Source: Elusimicrobiota bacterium
Lineage (GTDB): Bacteria; Elusimicrobiota; Elusimicrobia; UBA1565; UBA9628
Assembly (NCBI GenBank): GCA_023213235.1
Contig: CP096137.1
Location: forward strand, 2,350,723 to 2,414,722
Reading direction: 5' to 3'
Length of the DNA stretch: 64,000 nt
This document shows positions 19,801 through 28,518 of this stretch, piece after piece (the stretch's first letter is position 1; each line of letters begins with the position of its first letter). The notes beneath the pieces were generated by a model. The model was given only the letters and a program-made list of their open reading frames with translations. It did not search any database and was not told the DNA's origin. Made by a program: the position numbers and the translations under genes.

Positions 19801-20693
19801 ATGCTCCCGACCTTGCTTCTCCTGCCGGTCCTCGCCGTCTCCGCCGGAGAGTTCGAGGACGCCGCGGCCAAGCTGCGCGCCCTCGTCGAATCCGCCAGGC
19901 CCCGATACGTCATCGACCCCGCGCGCGGCGCGTGGTACCGCAAGGTGACCGGCGCGAAGGGCTACGTCGGGCTCGAGGCCTGGGGCGTCCTGCCCCGTCC
20001 GAGCTTCGACCCGGCGCGCGCGAAGCACGTGCCCGTCGCCGGCGAGCCGGCTCACGCCGCGGGCCCGCTCGACCGCCCCGACGTCTACCTCGGCCTTCAC
20101 GCCGAAAGCGCCGAGGTCGACTGCGGGCTGATCTGGGACCAGGTCCACGACGCCGCCGGCCGCGGCACCGGCCGCTATGCGTACCGCGTCTACTGGAGGA
20201 CGAGCAAGGGAGGATGGGGAAATCCCGCGCCCGGCGCAGCCGACGACCTGTACCTGGAGCCGGGCGAGCGCTTCGCCCTGACCCTGACCGCCGAGCCGGC
20301 GGGCCGCGCGCGCCTGGCGGTGCGCCGGGCCGGGCGCCGCGCGGCCGCCGCCTACGTGTTCGACGTCCCCGGCCTGCTCGCCTCGGACGGGACGCTCAAG
20401 CCTCTTTCCTTTAAGAGGGTCCATTCCATCGACCAGTTCCGCCTGGACGCCCGCGGCGCCCGCCGCGGCAACGAGGGCCGCCCGGCCCTGCCCACCCGCA
20501 CGCGCCTCGAGGGCGGGCGCTGGGAGGGGCGCACCTGCTCGCGGCCGACGGCTCGCGCCGGGCGCTGGCCGGCGGCCTCGCGACGGTCGCGAGAGGGGCC
20601 GACGCGGCCGGGCGCTACGACGCGGTCTTCCCGGAGGCCGGCGTCGGGGCCGGCGGCGCCGAGGAGATGGTGGTTCTGCCTCCTCGATCCTAA
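19801..20693 (+). CDS. Exported hypothetical protein (frameshift ~20525)
   Basis: GGAGG RBS; signal peptide; DRPDVYLG...EVDCGLIW...YRVYWR; the corrected frame ends at TAA 20693. Confidence 0.65.
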
Positions 20694-20709
20694 ATTGCTA
20701 TAGTTAGGC

Positions 20710-21417
20710 GTGCCTTATTCGAAACGTGACGCGCCGAACTGCGACTGGTGCCCGTTTAAGAAGAACTGCTTCTACGAGCTGCTCGGCACCAAAGAGTCCA
20801 AGCGCGCCTGGCGCGACATCCGGCTGGCCAACCCTTTCAAGCGCGGCGAGGTCGTCTTCCACGAGGGCGCGATGCCCCACGGCCTCTACGTCGTCTGCAC
20901 GGGAAAGGTGAAGGTCTACAAGTCGAGCCGCACCGGCCAGCAGCTGACGACGCGCGTCGAGAGCCCCGGCGACCTGCTCGGCCACGTCACCTTGCTCGCC
21001 GACGAGGGTCCTTATACCGGCACCGGCGAGGCCCTCGAGCCCAGCGTCGTCTCGATGATCGACAAGCCGACGTTCCAGAGCTTCCTCGCGAAGTATCCGC
21101 ACGCCTCCGCCGCGCTGCTGCGCGAACTGGCGCGCGACGTGCGCCGCGGCGAGAACAAGGCGCGCGACATCGCCTTCAAGCCCGCGCGCGGACGCCTGGC
21201 CGACACGTTGATCCGCATGATGCAGCCGAAGAAGCCGTACGCGATCGTCGCCGGCATCAAGCGCCGCGACTTGGCCGAGATGGCGGGCCTCACGATCGAG
21301 ACGACCGTGCGCCTCCTGAAGGACTTCGAGGAGCGCGACGTCCTGCGCAAGAAGGACAAGGATCTCCTGATCCTCAGCGAAGAGCGCCTGCGCGCCCTCG
21401 CCGGCTCCGCGTCCTAA
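20710..21417 (+). CDS. Crp/Fnr family regulator with N-terminal Cys cluster
   Basis: CDWCPFKKNC, cNMP-type FKRGEVVFHEG, HTH RRDLAEMAGLTIETTVR. Confidence 0.92.
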   Translation: MPYSKRDAPNCDWCPFKKNCFYELLGTKESKRAWRDIRLANPFKRGEVVFHEGAMPHGLYVVCTGKVKVYKSSRTGQQLTTRVESPGDLLGHVTLLADEGPYTGTGEALEPSVVSMIDKPTFQSFLAKYPHASAALLRELARDVRRGENKARDIAFKPARGRLADTLIRMMQPKKPYAIVAGIKRRDLAEMAGLTIETTVRLLKDFEERDVLRKKDKDLLILSEERLRALAGSAS

Positions 21418-21550
21418 GAAGCCGCAAAACCCTCGCCGTGTGACATCGCCCCGTCCTTGCGCGCGCCCTCTCGCGCGAGCCCGTCGACGGAGGACCCAGC
21501 CTCGAGGACCCGCCCGTTCATAGGTCCACAGCGCCATGGTCATAGGCCCT

Positions 21551-21600
21551 TTGACCCAGATCAATGAGAGGCATCAAGGGGGTCGGTTGACCGTTCTCAT
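21551..21600. promoter_or_regulatory. Cluster of FNR/Crp-like boxes
   Basis: TTGAC-ccag-ATCAA (21551-64), ATGAG-aggc-ATCAA (21564-77), TTGAC-cgtt-CTCAT (21587-600); compare FNR consensus TTGAT-N4-ATCAA. Confidence 0.55.
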
Positions 21601-21633
21601 CGGAGATTTTTCGAAGAGGTCTATACTGTCTTC

Positions 21634-21888
21634 ATGATCAACCTGATTCTGATGTCCCTGTCGCTCGCGAACCCCCAGCCCATCCAGACGGCCCAGTTCA
21701 AGCCCTGCGTGTGGCCCAACGTCTGCAACGAAGTCTCGGCGCCCGCCGCCGCCCCGGCCGAGGTCGCCCAGTTCAAGCCCTGCGTGTGGCCCAACGTCTG
21801 CAAGAACGAGACGCCCGCCCCGGTCATCGAGGTCGCGCAGTTCACGACCTGCCAGTGGCCGAACAAGTGCGGCAAGAAGGCCGCCTAA
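21634..21888 (+). CDS. 84-aa secreted peptide with three AQFxxCxWPNxC repeats
   Basis: TATACT-6 nt-ATG; short hydrophobic N-terminus; three cores; own terminator. Confidence 0.85.
   Translation: MINLILMSLSLANPQPIQTAQFKPCVWPNVCNEVSAPAAAPAEVAQFKPCVWPNVCKNETPAPVIEVAQFTTCQWPNKCGKKAA
21691..21870 (+). repeat. Intragenic direct repeats encoding CxWPNxC cores
   Basis: Identical 38-bp copies at 21691-21728 and 21766-21803; diverged copy at 21835-21870. Confidence 0.95.
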
Positions 21889-21919
21889 GACTTAACAGCC
21901 GACTCGAACCGGCGCCGTG

Positions 21920-21950
21920 AGAAGACCCCGACCCCTCGGGGTCTTCTTTT
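21920..21950 (+). terminator. Rho-independent terminator
   Basis: AGAAGACCCCGA-cccc-TCGGGGTCTTCT followed by a T-run. Confidence 0.85.
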
Positions 21951-21964
21951 GTATCTTGGCGCCG

Positions 21965-22804
21965 ATGAAGCCTCGCCGCCCGCTGTCGATCGCCTTGCTC
22001 ACCGTTTGCTGGGCGGGGCTTTTCTGGGGATTCTATCTCGAGCCGCGGCGCGAGCCGGTCGAGACGCGCGCGGAGATCGTCCTTTCAGGCTGGCCGCGGG
22101 AGCTCGAGGGCGTCCGCATCGCGGCGATCTCCGACATCCACGCGGGAGCCCCTTATGTCGGAGCGGACAAGCTCCGCGGGCTGGTGCGGCGCGTCAACGC
22201 GGCGGAGGCCGACGCGATCGTCCTGCTCGGGGACTACGTGATCGACAGCGTCGTGGGGGGAACGTTCATGACCCCGGAGGACCTCGCGGAGATTCTCGCG
22301 GACCTCAAGGCGCCGCTCGGCGTCTACGCGGTGCTCGGCAACCACGACTGGTGGCTCGACGGGCCGCGCGTGCGCACGGCGCTCGAGGCGCGCGGCATCA
22401 AAGTGCTCGAGAACGAGGGCGTCTCGCTCAAGACCAACGGCCGCGCCTTCCGGCTCGCGGGCCTGGCCGACCACCTCGAGCGCAGCCCGAACCCCGAGGC
22501 CGCGCTCCAGGGAGCGGCCAGGGAAGAGCCCGCGATCGCCCTGATCCACGAGCCGGATTATTTCCCGGAGATCCCGGAGCGCATCGCGCTGACCTTGGCC
22601 GGGCACACGCACGGCGGCCAGGTGCGTCTGCCGTGGATCGGCGCGCCCGTCGTGCCGTCGGCGTACGGCCAGCGCTACGCGCGCGGGCTCGTGAAAGAGG
22701 GGACCAGGCAGCTGTTCGTCACGAGCGGGGTCGGAACGAGCATCATCCCCGTGCGCTTCGGCGTCCCGCCGGAGTACGCCGTCCTGACCCTTCGGGCGCT
22801 CTAA
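21965..22804 (+). CDS. Metallophosphoesterase (YkuE/YaeI-like)
   Basis: SDIH, LGDY, LGNHD, LIHEPD, GHTHGGQ motifs. Confidence 0.92.
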   Translation: MKPRRPLSIALLTVCWAGLFWGFYLEPRREPVETRAEIVLSGWPRELEGVRIAAISDIHAGAPYVGADKLRGLVRRVNAAEADAIVLLGDYVIDSVVGGTFMTPEDLAEILADLKAPLGVYAVLGNHDWWLDGPRVRTALEARGIKVLENEGVSLKTNGRAFRLAGLADHLERSPNPEAALQGAAREEPAIALIHEPDYFPEIPERIALTLAGHTHGGQVRLPWIGAPVVPSAYGQRYARGLVKEGTRQLFVTSGVGTSIIPVRFGVPPEYAVLTLRAL

Positions 22805-23424
22805 GTATTGAAGAGCCGGTCGCCCGCGTCTCCGAGCCCGGGGACGATGTAGCCCTTCGAGTTGAGCACCGCGTCGACGGCCGCCGTGTAGACCGGGACG
22901 TCGGGGTGATCCTTGTGGATGCGGGCCACGCCCCGCTTCGAGGCGAGCAAGGTCAGCAAGGCGATGTTCTTCGCCCCGTCGGTCTTGAGGATGTGGATCG
23001 ACTCGGACGCCGAGCCGCCGGTGGCGAGCATCGGGTCGCAGAGCACGACGAAGTGGTCCTTGAGCTTGCGCGGCAAACGGACGTAGTAGCGCACGGGGTT
23101 GAGCGTTTCCTCGTTGCGGTACAGGCCGATATGGCCGATCGACGCCTTCGGCGCGAGTTCGAGCAGGCCCGGCGTCATCCCGAGCCCGGCGCGAAGCACG
23201 GCGACGAACGCCAGCGGCTGGTCGAGCGCGACGGCGTCGGCGGTCGTCAGCGGCGTCTTCACCTTCGTCTTGCGCGTGCGCACGCCCTTGAGCACCTCGC
23301 AGCCGATCAGCATCGCGACCTCGGCCATGAGCCGGCGGAAATCCTGCGGGTTCGTGCCCTTGTCGCGCAGCCGCGCGAGCTTGTCCTGAACGAGCGGGTG
23401 ATCACTGACGATGAGTTTCGGCAT
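22801..23424 (-). CDS. upp: Uracil phosphoribosyltransferase
   Basis: VLRAGLGM, GHIGLYRNE, DPMLATGGS, YIVPGLGDAGDRLF. Confidence 0.97.
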   Translation of the reverse strand: MPKLIVSDHPLVQDKLARLRDKGTNPQDFRRLMAEVAMLIGCEVLKGVRTRKTKVKTPLTTADAVALDQPLAFVAVLRAGLGMTPGLLELAPKASIGHIGLYRNEETLNPVRYYVRLPRKLKDHFVVLCDPMLATGGSASESIHILKTDGAKNIALLTLLASKRGVARIHKDHPDVPVYTAAVDAVLNSKGYIVPGLGDAGDRLFNT

Positions 23425-23434
23425 ATCGCTCCTG

Positions 23435-23496
23435 GGGCCAGGCACGTACATTCAGTAAATTCTCCGGAGAATTTACTGAATGTACGTGCCTGGCCC
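23435..23496. repeat. 62-bp perfect palindrome (REP/MITE-like)
   Basis: GGGCCAGGCACGTACATTCAGTAAATTCTCC|GGAGAATTTACTGAATGTACGTGCCTGGCCC, 31-bp arms, between pdp and upp. Confidence 0.95.
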
Positions 23497-24802
23497 TACT
23501 TGATTACCTCTAGGATGACGGATTTCGGCTTCGGGGCGCGGGGGAAATCTTGAGGGCGTCGCGGTACTCGCGCTCGCCGAGGCCGAGCTTGACCTCGTCG
23601 GCGGCGTGCAGGATCGCGAGCGTGTCGCCTTTGGCGACGCGGTCGCCGACCTTCTTGAGCAGCTCGAGGCCGGCGCCGTAGTCGAGTTCCTGGTCTTTGA
23701 AGGCCCGGCCCGCTCCTAGCAGGACGGCGGCGTGGCCGACCTTGCGCGCGTCGAGCGCGGAGACGACGCCGGAGGACGTGGCCTTCACCGAGCGAGAGGC
23801 CTTCGCCTTGGGCAGGAGGGAGAGGTCGTCGATCGCGGCGACGCTTCCGGCCTGGGCCTTCACGCACTCGCGGAAGAGGGCGAGGCCCGAGCCGTCCTTG
23901 ATCTTGGAGCGCATGAGCTCGGCGCCCGCCTTCGGCGTCTTCGAGATTCCGCCCAACTTGAGCATCCAGCCGCCGAGGGCGAGCAGGCACTCGAGGTAGT
24001 CGGAGGCGGTCTCGTCGCCGCGCAGGATTTCCACCGCCTGGCGGACCTCCAAGGCGTTGCCGACGTAGCGGCCGAGCGGCTGCTCCATCGCGGTCAGCAC
24101 GGCGACCGTCGGGATGCCGAGGCCCTTGGCGGTCTTCACGAGCGCCTTCGCCAGCGAGCGCGCGGACGCCGCGTCGCGGAAGATGGCGCCGGAACCGACC
24201 TTCACGTCGAGCACGAGCGCGTCGAGCTCCTCGGCGGCCTTCTTCGAGAGGATGCTCGCGACGATCAGCGGACGCGCGGGCACGGTGGCCGTCGCGTCGC
24301 GCAGCGCGTACAACGTGCGGTCGGCGGGGGCGAGGGTGCCCGTCTGGCCGAAGAGCGAGAAGCCGAGCTTGGCGACCTGCGCCCGGATTTCAGGAAGCTC
24401 GAGCCGTACTTTGAAGCCCTCGATGGCCTCGAGCTTGTCGAGCGTGCCGCCGGTGTGGCCGAGGCCGCGGCCCGACATCATCGGCACGGCGAGGCCGCAC
24501 GCGGCCGCCAAGGGAGCGAGCGCCAGCGAGATCCCGTCGCCGACGCCGCCCGTCGAGTGCTTGTCGGCCTTGGGCCGCTTGACGGCGCCGAGGCCGAGCT
24601 TCTCGCCGGAGGCCGCCATCGCCTTGGTCAGCGCGACGGTCTCGCCCTCGTCCATGCCCCGGCACAGCGCGGCCATGAGCCAGGCGGAGAGCTGGTAGTC
24701 GGGGACGGTCCCCTTCGCGGCGCCGCGCGCGACGAGCTCGAGCTCCGCCGGCGTGTGCCGGCCCCCGTCGCGCTTCTTCGCGATGAGGTCGAGGAACAGC
24801 AT
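23496..24802 (-). CDS. pdp: Pyrimidine-nucleoside (thymidine) phosphorylase (frameshift in G-run ~23542)
   Basis: DKHSTGGVGD, MSGRGLGHTGGTLDKLE, YALRDATAT, SILSKK, DVKVGSGA. Confidence 0.93.
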
Positions 24803-24805
24803 CGT

Positions 24806-25636
24806 CTAGATGGCCTTGATCAGGTCGCCGAGCACGCCGCGCAGGTCGTCGGACACGCGGGCGCCGAGCGCCAGCACGTCGCCGTGGTTCTGGATGGAAC
24901 CGGGAAGGCCGGCCGCCATGTTCGACGTCCAGACCAGGCCCGCCGTCGTGATGCCCATCTGGCGCGCGGGCACGACCTCGGGGACGACCGACATGCCGAC
25001 GACGTCGCCGCCGAGGGCGCGGAAGGCTCGGATCTCGGCCGGCGTCTCGTAGGAGGGGCCGCCGACCGCGACGTAAACGCCGGAGTGGACCCCGACCTTG
25101 CGCTTGCGGCACACCGAGAGGATCGTCTTCGAGAGGCGCGCGTCGTACGCCTGCGTCATATCGGGGAACATCGTGCCGAACTCCTCCTCGTGGAAGGCGC
25201 GCAGCGGATTGCGCCCCATGAGGTTGATGTGGTCGGTGAGCACGGTGAAGTGGCCCGGCTTGTTCTGCGCGCGCATGGAGCCGACGGCGGCGGTCACGAT
25301 CATCGTCTTGAGGCCCATGTACTCGAGGGCGCGCACGGGGAGCGCGATCGACTCCATCGCGTGGCCCTCGTAATAGTGGAAGCGGCCCTGCATGACGGCG
25401 ACGGACTTGCCGTGCGCGCGGCCGAGGATCAGCTTGCCCTCGTGGCCGGGGACGGTCGTGCGGGGGAAGCCGGGAATGTCCCGGTAGGGGATCGTGATCG
25501 CCTTCTCGAGAGCGGGGACGGCCTTCGCGAGTCCGGAGCCGAGGACGAAGCCCACGTCGGGGCGGAAGCCCGGGGCCTTCGACTTGATGTAGGCCGCGGC
25601 CTTGCGGATGGCGCCGATGTAAAGATTGATCTTCAT
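24806..25636 (-). CDS. punA: Purine-nucleoside phosphorylase (trimeric type)
   Basis: VLGSGL, QGRFHYYEG, GPSYETPAE, VGMSVVPE. Confidence 0.9.
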   Translation of the reverse strand: MKINLYIGAIRKAAAYIKSKAPGFRPDVGFVLGSGLAKAVPALEKAITIPYRDIPGFPRTTVPGHEGKLILGRAHGKSVAVMQGRFHYYEGHAMESIALPVRALEYMGLKTMIVTAAVGSMRAQNKPGHFTVLTDHINLMGRNPLRAFHEEEFGTMFPDMTQAYDARLSKTILSVCRKRKVGVHSGVYVAVGGPSYETPAEIRAFRALGGDVVGMSVVPEVVPARQMGITTAGLVWTSNMAAGLPGSIQNHGDVLALGARVSDDLRGVLGDLIKAI

Positions 25637-25643
25637 GACGAGG

Positions 25644-25677
25644 ATTTTACTTTTTTATAGGCCCAAAAATATAAAAT
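25644..25677. promoter_or_regulatory. Back-to-back -10 elements for leaderless PNP and transketolase transcripts
   Basis: Minus TAAAAT (25649-44), 7 nt before ATG 25636; plus TAAAAT (25672-77), 6 nt before ATG 25684. Confidence 0.7.
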
Positions 25678-25683
25678 ACGGCC

Positions 25684-26520
25684 ATGCCCACCGCGACCAC
25701 TTCCCCGACCGATCTCAAGACCCTGACGAAGCAGATGCGCCTCGACATCATCCGCATGATCGAGGCCGCCGGCAACGGCCACCCCGGCGGCTCGCTGTCG
25801 GTCATCGACATCCTGACCGTGCTGTACTGGAAGTTCCTCAAGCACGACCCGAAGAAGCCCGACTGGGACGGCCGCGACCGCCTGATCCTCTCGAAGGGCC
25901 ACGCGTGCCCGGCGCTTTACACGGCGATGGCCTATCGCGGCTACTTCCCGAAGTCCGAACTCATGAACCTGCGCAAGCTCGGCTCGCCTCTCCAGGGCCA
26001 CCCCGACCGCCTGCGCATGCCGGGCATCGAGTTCTCGACGGGCTCGCTCGGCCAGGGCCTGTCGGTCGGCGTGGGCATGGCCTGCGCGGCCAAGCTCGAC
26101 GAGAAGGACTTCAAGACGGTCGTCATCTTGGGCGACGGCGAGACGCAGGAAGGCCAGTGCTGGGAGGCCTTCATGTCGGCTCCCAAGTGGAAGCTCGACA
26201 ACCTGATCGCGATCGTCGACCACAACAACGGCCAGATCGACGGGCCCGTCAACGAGGTCATGGACATCGAGCCGCTCGGCGACAAGCTGCGCGCGTTCAA
26301 CTGGGACGTGCAGGCCGTCGACGGCCACGACCTGGCCGCCCTCGAGGCGGCGCTCGCCAAGGCCTGGTCCGCGAAGAACGGCAAGCCTCAGGCGATCGTC
26401 GCCAAGACGGTCAAGGGCAAGGGTGTGAGCTTCATGGAGCACAACATCGCGTGGCACGGCAACGCGCCCAAGAAGGACGACGCGGACAAGGCGTGCAAGG
26501 AGATCGAGCATGGCTGCTAA
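25684..26520 (+). CDS. Transketolase, N-terminal subunit
   Basis: GHPGGSLS, RDRLILSKGH, TGSLGQG, GDGETQEG (TPP motif). Confidence 0.95.
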   Translation: MPTATTSPTDLKTLTKQMRLDIIRMIEAAGNGHPGGSLSVIDILTVLYWKFLKHDPKKPDWDGRDRLILSKGHACPALYTAMAYRGYFPKSELMNLRKLGSPLQGHPDRLRMPGIEFSTGSLGQGLSVGVGMACAAKLDEKDFKTVVILGDGETQEGQCWEAFMSAPKWKLDNLIAIVDHNNGQIDGPVNEVMDIEPLGDKLRAFNWDVQAVDGHDLAALEAALAKAWSAKNGKPQAIVAKTVKGKGVSFMEHNIAWHGNAPKKDDADKACKEIEHGC

Positions 26521-27451
26521 AGCGACCCGCGAATCTTTCGGCGAGACGATCCTCGAGCTGGCCGAGAAGATCCCCAACCTCGTCGTCCTCGACGCCGACC
26601 TCTCCAAGTCGACGATGACGCAGAACTTCATGAAGAAGTACCCGAAGCGCCACTTCGAGGTCGGCATCGCCGAGCAGAACATGGTCGGCATGGCCGCGGG
26701 CCTGGCGCTCTCCGGCAAGATCCCGGTCCTGACGTCCTTCGCGTGCTTCCTGATCGGCCGCGTCGAGTCCATCCGCGTCTCCGCCGCCTACAACCAGACC
26801 AACATGAAGCTCGTCGGCACGCACGCCGGCATCGGCATCGGCGAGGACGGCACCTCCCAGATGGGCTTGGAAGACGTCGCCGCGATGCGCGCGCTTCCGC
26901 ACATGACCATCCTCCAGCCCGCCGACCACGAGGAGACCAAGCAGGCGGTCGCCTGGATGCTCGAGCACAAGGGGCCCGTCTACATCCGCCTGACGCGCCA
27001 GAAGATGCCCGACGTCCATGCGCCCGGCTACAAGTGGCAGCCGAACAAGATCGACGTGATTTTCGAGCCCGCCAAGAAGGCGGCCAAGCTTCAGGCGACG
27101 ATCATCGCCTCCGGCGGCCCCGTTCCGCACGCCGTCGAGGCCGCTAAGGCGCTCGAGGCCAAAGGGTTCGCCGTGCGCGTCGCCAACGCGTCGACGCTCC
27201 TGCCCTTCGACGGCGAGACCGTCGCCAAGCTCGCGTCCGATTCCCAGCGCATCGTCACCGTCGAGGACCACAATGTCCACGGCGGTCTCGGCTCCGCGGT
27301 CTGCGAAGCCGTCGCGGAGCGGGGAATTTCCTGCCCCGTCGTGCGCGTCGGCCTGCGCTCCTTCGGCGAGTCGGCCACGCCCGAGCAGCTCTACGAGAAG
27401 TACGGCCTGACGGCCCCGTCGATCGCCGAGGCCTGCCTCAAGAACCCGTGA
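26510..27451 (+). CDS. Transketolase, C-terminal subunit
   Basis: ATRESFG, DADL, GIAEQNMV, GEDGTSQ, EDH...GGLG. Confidence 0.95.
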   Translation: MAAKATRESFGETILELAEKIPNLVVLDADLSKSTMTQNFMKKYPKRHFEVGIAEQNMVGMAAGLALSGKIPVLTSFACFLIGRVESIRVSAAYNQTNMKLVGTHAGIGIGEDGTSQMGLEDVAAMRALPHMTILQPADHEETKQAVAWMLEHKGPVYIRLTRQKMPDVHAPGYKWQPNKIDVIFEPAKKAAKLQATIIASGGPVPHAVEAAKALEAKGFAVRVANASTLLPFDGETVAKLASDSQRIVTVEDHNVHGGLGSAVCEAVAERGISCPVVRVGLRSFGESATPEQLYEKYGLTAPSIAEACLKNP

Positions 27452-28161
27452 GGCTCGCGGCGGCCGTGACGGCGTTGGCCGCGCTCGCGGCCTTCGCCCC
27501 GGCCGCCGAGCCGGCGAGGAAGCGCAAGCCGACGATCGAAAGCTCGGCGCTGCCGCCGGAGCCGGGAGCGCCCTCCGCCGCGAAGAAGGCGGCGGCGCCC
27601 GAAGCGTCCGCTGAGCCCGTCCCGCCGCGACCCGCCGGAAAAGGCTGCCTGTGGCGCACGCTCAGCGCGCCGCAGATCGGCCTCGAGGCCCTCGTCCAGC
27701 GCTGCAACTTCGGCTACCGCACGATCGACTTCGCCGCCGGCAAGCGCGCGCTGATCCAGATCATGCAGGACGCGGGCAAGGACGAGGACCTCTACCCCGT
27801 CGTCGTGATGTACGAGAAGAAAGAGGACGAGGCGCCCGACGACGCGATCCGGCGCGCGGCCTTCGGCAAGCTCTCGCGCTACCAGCGCAAACACTGCCGC
27901 GTCGTCGCCAAGCACGTTCCGCACCTCGGCCTGAGCAAGGCGGCCTTCACGATCGAGCCCGACGAAGTCTACGCGGAGAAGATCGCCAAGGAGAACGGCA
28001 CCGACATCCCTCCGCCGCCGTGCGGCGACATGGGCATCTCCTTCGACGGCGTCAGCTACTGGGAGTTCCACGCGATGGAGAACCCGCGCCGCTTCGCCTT
28101 CGTCAACGCGGGCCAGGACTCGCCGCTGTTCGACGAGACCGGCTTGAAGTTCCTGCCGTGA
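27448..28161 (+). CDS. Exported hypothetical protein
   Basis: Signal peptide, Pro/Ala linker, Cys-containing domain; GTGA overlap with tkt. Confidence 0.7.
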   Translation: MRLAAAVTALAALAAFAPAAEPARKRKPTIESSALPPEPGAPSAAKKAAAPEASAEPVPPRPAGKGCLWRTLSAPQIGLEALVQRCNFGYRTIDFAAGKRALIQIMQDAGKDEDLYPVVVMYEKKEDEAPDDAIRRAAFGKLSRYQRKHCRVVAKHVPHLGLSKAAFTIEPDEVYAEKIAKENGTDIPPPPCGDMGISFDGVSYWEFHAMENPRRFAFVNAGQDSPLFDETGLKFLP

Positions 28162-28517
28162 ACGCCCGCGAGCGCGCGGTCATCGACGCGCTGCTGCCGC
28201 CGGGCGGCCCCGAGGGCCTGCCGGGCGCCTTCGAGGCCGGGTTCGAGGCGTTCGAGGAAGGTTTCCGCCGCGACGCGCCCTTCACGATGCGCCTCGGCTG
28301 GCGCGCGGCGCTGTTCGTCGCGGCCTGGATCTCGCCGCTGCTGATCCGGCGCCTGCCGCCGCTCGACAACCTGGCCGAAGAGGAGCAGACCGAGGCGCTC
28401 GAGGCTCTGGGCAAGTCGCGCTTCTACCTCGTGCGCCAGTCTTCGCTGCTCCTCAAGGCCGTGACGAGCTTCGGCTACGGATCGACGCCCGCGGTGCGGC
28501 GCGTCGTCGGTTACTGA
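28158..28517 (+). CDS. Small hypothetical protein, possible GMC oxidoreductase accessory subunit
   Basis: GTG 28158; ...LLLKAVTSFGYGSTPAVRRVVGY; resembles helical partners that precede GMC enzymes. Confidence 0.6.
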   Translation: MNARERAVIDALLPPGGPEGLPGAFEAGFEAFEEGFRRDAPFTMRLGWRAALFVAAWISPLLIRRLPPLDNLAEEEQTEALEALGKSRFYLVRQSSLLLKAVTSFGYGSTPAVRRVVGY

Positions 28518-28518
28518 G

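Noticed and set aside
21691-21870. 38-bp direct repeats with ~37-nt spacing as a mini CRISPR array
   Set aside because: Repeats are in-frame coding units of a peptide, the third copy keeps the Cys/Trp/Pro/Asn codons while diverging, and no cas genes are present
25684-27451. Split transketolase as a frameshift or novelty
   Set aside because: Two-subunit transketolases are widespread, and the second gene has its own AGGAG RBS
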